Shown here in pieces: positions 60,910-64,000 of a stretch of DNA of 64,000 bases. The number at the start of each line of letters is the position of its first letter. The stretch's first letter is position 1. Made by a program: the position numbers and the translations under genes. The stretch lies in NCBI GenBank assembly GCA_036012755.1, contig DASCPX010000070.1, positions 160,001 to 224,000 on the forward strand, read 5' to 3'. The notes below the pieces were generated by a model. The model saw only the letters and a list, made by a program, of their open reading frames with translations, was not told the DNA's origin and did not search any database. This DNA comes from Myxococcota bacterium (lineage in GTDB: Bacteria; Myxococcota_A; UBA796; CAJQPC01).

Positions 60910-62808
60910 ATGATCCAGCTCTTGTTGATGTCGGTTCTCGTTCTCTGTCCTGCGCTCGCGCAGGAGCCGCCGGCCCTCGCGCCGTCGCCCCCGCCCGGGA
61001 CCGAAGCCCCCGCCGAAGCCGACGCTCCCGAGGCCGACGCTCCCGAGGCCGACGCTCCCGAGGCCGACGCCCCCGCCGAGGCCGACGCTCCGGTCGAGGC
61101 TGACGCTCCCGCCGACGCCCCCCCCGAGGCCGACGCCCCCGCCGAAGCCGACGCTCCGCCGGTCGCGGAGACCTCTGCGCCTCCCGCCGTCGAGACCTCC
61201 GACGAAGCTGGCGCCGAGCTCGCCGAAGAGGCTGGCCCGACCATGTGGGAGTCCCTGCGCGCGGGTGCATGGTCCCAGCTGTGGGAGGCCGTCAAGCCGC
61301 TCGCCTTCGGCCTGGGCTACTTCCTACTGGGTTGGCTGGCGGCGAAGGTGCTGTCCTACCTGGTCTTCAAGGGCCTCACCAAGACCGAGATCGACGACTG
61401 GATCGCCGAGAAGCTCGGCCTGGGACCCCTGTTGGAGGGTGGCGAGCCCAACAAGCTAGAGCGCTGGATCAGCCAGGCGGTCTTCTGGACCCTGGGCCTC
61501 TTCGTCTCCGTGATCGCCCTGGAGAAAGCAGGCTTCTCGCAGGCCGCCGCACCCATCCAGAACTTCCTGGAGTCCGTCACGGGAGCCCTGCCCTATGTCG
61601 GCAAGGCCGCCCTCATCCTGGCGGTGAGCGTCGTCGCCGGAAAGGTGCTCGAGACCATCGTGCGCACCGTCCTCGACAAGGCCGGCGTCGACAAGCGCTT
61701 CGCCGAGCTCTCCCACGCAGAGGACGACGCCCCAGAGGACGCCGAGGACCAGCCGGAGCTCGCCTTCAGCCAGAACGCCGGTCGGACCGTCTTCTGGCTG
61801 GTGATGCTGATCGGTCTGGCCTCCGCCGCCGACGCGCTGAACATCGGTCCCATCGCCGAGTCCATGCGCGGAGCCATCGAGACCGTCGTCGGCTTCTTGC
61901 CGCACCTCGGTGTCTCCATCGTCATCCTCGTCGGTGGATACGTCCTTGGTCGCATCGCCCGCGCGGTGGTGATGAACGTCCTGAAGACCGCCGGCTTCGA
62001 CAAGCTCATCGCCCGGATCCGCATGGACGCGCTCTTCGGTCAGCGCAAGGCCAGCGGCGTGATGGGCCTGCTCGTCAACCTCTTCATCATGCTCCAGGCG
62101 CTCATCGCGGCCCTGAACGAGATCGGCCTGGAGACCCTCGCCGGTCCTTTGACCGACATGATGGGCCGCTTCTGGATCCTGCTCCCCGAGCTCGCGGTCT
62201 CTGCGCTGATGCTGGCGGTCGGCGTGCTGGCCGGACGGGTCCTGCGGGGCGTCGCCACCAACGTCCTGACCACTGCCGGCTTCGACAAGCTCATGGCGGG
62301 CATCGGCTTCGGCAAGCTCTCGGACAAGGAGGAGTTCGAGACCCCCAGCAAGGTCGTCGGTGTCTTCGTCCAGATCGGCATCATCCTGATGGCCACGGCA
62401 CAGGTCCTCGAGAACCTGGCCCTCGACACCTGGGCTGCCTACCTCAACGACCTGATGTCCTACGGCATCAAGAACGTCGCTGTCTCCGCGTTCATCCTCT
62501 GCATCGGCTTCGCGGTCGCCAACGCCGTCCGAGCCTTGATCGCATCCCGCAATGACGCCGATCCCGACATGCAGAAGGGTCTGAGCACCGTCGCCTACTA
62601 CGGCGTGTTGGTGCTGGCCGCGACAGCCGCGGTCCGCCACCTCGACGTCGCAGAGGACTTCGTGCTCATGACGTTCGCGCTGCTCTTCGGCAGCCTCTGC
62701 CTCGCCACAGCCCTGGCCTTCGGCCTCGGCGCGCGCGAGGTGGCCTCGGACATCGTGCGCAAGCAGTACGACCGGGCTCGCGACAGCATGGAGACCCCAG
62801 AGGACTAG
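60910..62808 (+). CDS. Mechanosensitive-channel-related conserved TM-helix repeat protein (CmpX-like) with EADAP linker
   Basis: Repeated LPxxxxAxxILxxG...D TM-helix units; C-terminal ALAFGLGARE. Confidence 0.8.
   Translation: MIQLLLMSVLVLCPALAQEPPALAPSPPPGTEAPAEADAPEADAPEADAPEADAPAEADAPVEADAPADAPPEADAPAEADAPPVAETSAPPAVETSDEAGAELAEEAGPTMWESLRAGAWSQLWEAVKPLAFGLGYFLLGWLAAKVLSYLVFKGLTKTEIDDWIAEKLGLGPLLEGGEPNKLERWISQAVFWTLGLFVSVIALEKAGFSQAAAPIQNFLESVTGALPYVGKAALILAVSVVAGKVLETIVRTVLDKAGVDKRFAELSHAEDDAPEDAEDQPELAFSQNAGRTVFWLVMLIGLASAADALNIGPIAESMRGAIETVVGFLPHLGVSIVILVGGYVLGRIARAVVMNVLKTAGFDKLIARIRMDALFGQRKASGVMGLLVNLFIMLQALIAALNEIGLETLAGPLTDMMGRFWILLPELAVSALMLAVGVLAGRVLRGVATNVLTTAGFDKLMAGIGFGKLSDKEEFETPSKVVGVFVQIGIILMATAQVLENLALDTWAAYLNDLMSYGIKNVAVSAFILCIGFAVANAVRALIASRNDADPDMQKGLSTVAYYGVLVLAATAAVRHLDVAEDFVLMTFALLFGSLCLATALAFGLGAREVASDIVRKQYDRARDSMETPED
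61003..61160 (+). repeat. Coding 15-18-bp tandem repeats (EADAP)
   Basis: (GAGGCCGACGCTCCC)n and variants. Confidence 0.85.
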
Positions 62809-63004
62809 TGCCCCTCGGCAGAAGTCGCGACGCGTCTTCCACCGTCGCCTTCGGCGCGCGCCGCGGGGCGGCGCTGGGGCACTCGTTTCCCTCCAGGGGG
62901 GCCCTGCCCCCCGGGCCTACGGCCCTCCCCCCGGCGGCCCGCTGCGCGTGCCGTCGTTCACCCCGTCGCAGCCCCGACTGCGTCGGAACTCGCGCCGGGG
63001 AGAA
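62809..63004. mobile_element. 196-bp MITE-like insertion flanked by CTAG direct repeats
   Basis: CTAG at 62805-08 and 63005-08; imperfect terminal inverted repeats; fills the whole gap between two convergent stop codons. Confidence 0.65.
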
Positions 63005-63008
63005 CTAG

Positions 63009-63422
63009 TCACTCCCCCTGGATCGTCACGACCACCGTTCGTCTCCTCCGCGGCCCATCGAAGTCGCAGAGGAAGACGTTCTGCCATGTCGACAAATCCA
63101 GCCTCCCACCCCTCACCGGGATGACCTCGCTCGGGCCGACGATGCCCGCCTGGATGTGGGCGTGACCGTTGTCGTCGACGCGGTCGTGACGCCAGCGCCC
63201 TTGTGGGACGAGACCCTGGAGGCAGTCGAGCACGTCCAGCGCGATGTTGGGGTCGTCGTTCTCCTGGATCATCAGCGCTGCGGTGGCCCCGTGGGCGTAG
63301 AGCGCGCAGATCCCCTCCGAGATCCCCGAGGCCCGGACCACGGCGCGCACGAGTTGGGTGATGTCCACGAGCTCTCGCGGGCCAGAGGTGGCAACAGCCA
63401 GGTTGGCGGTGTGTTGACGCAT
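63009..63422 (-). CDS. yjbQ: YjbQ (UPF0047) family protein
   Basis: HGATAALMIQENDDP, HDRVDDNGHAHI, LSTWQNVFLCDFDGPR. Confidence 0.9.
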   Translation of the reverse strand: MRQHTANLAVATSGPRELVDITQLVRAVVRASGISEGICALYAHGATAALMIQENDDPNIALDVLDCLQGLVPQGRWRHDRVDDNGHAHIQAGIVGPSEVIPVRGGRLDLSTWQNVFLCDFDGPRRRRTVVVTIQGE

Positions 63423-63445
63423 GCACTCATCCTCTGGGCTCGCCG

Positions 63446-63982
63446 CTACTGTCCGGCGAGGTCCTGCAGAGCCGTCACGAGGCCCCAGTAGTTCGCGTCC
63501 TCGCCCAGGTTGTTGTCGGTCAGGTTGAAGACCGAGTGGAAGCGGCCCTCCCTGTCGACCAGGACGACGTCTCGGTAGGTCACGTCCCACTGGGTCCACA
63601 CGTCAGCGATGCCGCTGTCGCCGTCGATGTCCTGCAGCCAGGGCAGATCCCTGCCGTCGCAGAAGCCCTCGTTGCCGCTGTCGAAGCCGGCTTCGTTCAC
63701 GCCGATGATCACGACGTCACCTGGCACGTCCTGCTGCATCTCGTCGAGCTTCCCGAACTGGGAGCTGCAGTAGCTTCAGGTCGAGTGACCGAAGTACCAG
63801 GCGCTCACCTGGCCCGCCTGGGTCGCGGGTCCCAGGAACTCGCCGAAGCTGGCCGAGGTCGGGTTGACGTCCTCCAGGCTGAACTCGGGGCTCGCTTCAC
63901 CGGCCAGCGGGTGGGTCTCGCCGACCGCATCCCACTCCAGGTCCTCTGGCGGGGTCGAACAGGCCATCACGAACAAGAACAT
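63446..63982 (-). CDS. Thioredoxin/peroxiredoxin-like fold lipoprotein with UxxC motif; probable selenoprotein (178 aa, Sec69)
   Basis: ORFs 63776..63982 and 63446..63739 are in the same frame, separated by one TGA: FSLEDVNP...AWYFGHST-U-SYC-SSQFGKLDEM...IIGVNE...LPWLQD...VLVDREG. Confidence 0.85.
63747..63766 (-). promoter_or_regulatory. Candidate bacterial SECIS hairpin
   Basis: AGCUCCC-AGUUC-GGG(A)AGCU; the loop starts 16 nt after the UGA and has G at position 2 followed by U. Confidence 0.65.
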
Positions 63983-64000
63983 GGCGCCTCCTCGACACCT

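Overview
This is a very GC-rich bacterial window. The gene content (Ser/Thr kinase-ATPase, FHA-sigma54 activator, Asp/Cys-repeat lipoproteins) suggests a Myxococcota/deltaproteobacterium-like organism, though that assignment is inference. In order, it holds: (i) membrane and secreted lipoprotein genes plus a kinase/enhancer-binding-protein pair (1-15.8 kb); (ii) an accessory tract with CcbP-like, RhuM::NorD-vWA fusion and hemerythrin genes; (iii) an ~8.7 kb island (Czc/Cus-type RND efflux operon plus AbiE type IV toxin-antitoxin) bracketed by a duplicated 5' end of a radical SAM gene; (iv) housekeeping-type genes (RluA, M28 peptidase, ABC-F) among many deleted or nonsense-bearing remnants; (v) two paralogous Asp/Cys-repeat lipoproteins around a DUF5131 gene, next to a RAYT-like HUH transposase with two REP-like hairpins; (vi) a probable lipid-biosynthesis locus: FAD oxidoreductase, PlsC-like acyltransferase and a 3795-aa FAAL-initiated two-module PKS whose second module lacks an AT and which has no release domain; (vii) a 196-bp CTAG-flanked MITE-like insertion, YjbQ, and a thioredoxin-fold lipoprotein split by an in-frame UGA in a UxxC motif with a SECIS-like hairpin (probable selenoprotein missed by the ORF track). 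Many genes have a TAnnnT hexamer 5-7 nt before the start codon, suggesting leaderless mRNAs. All family calls come from motif recognition by eye; no searches were run.
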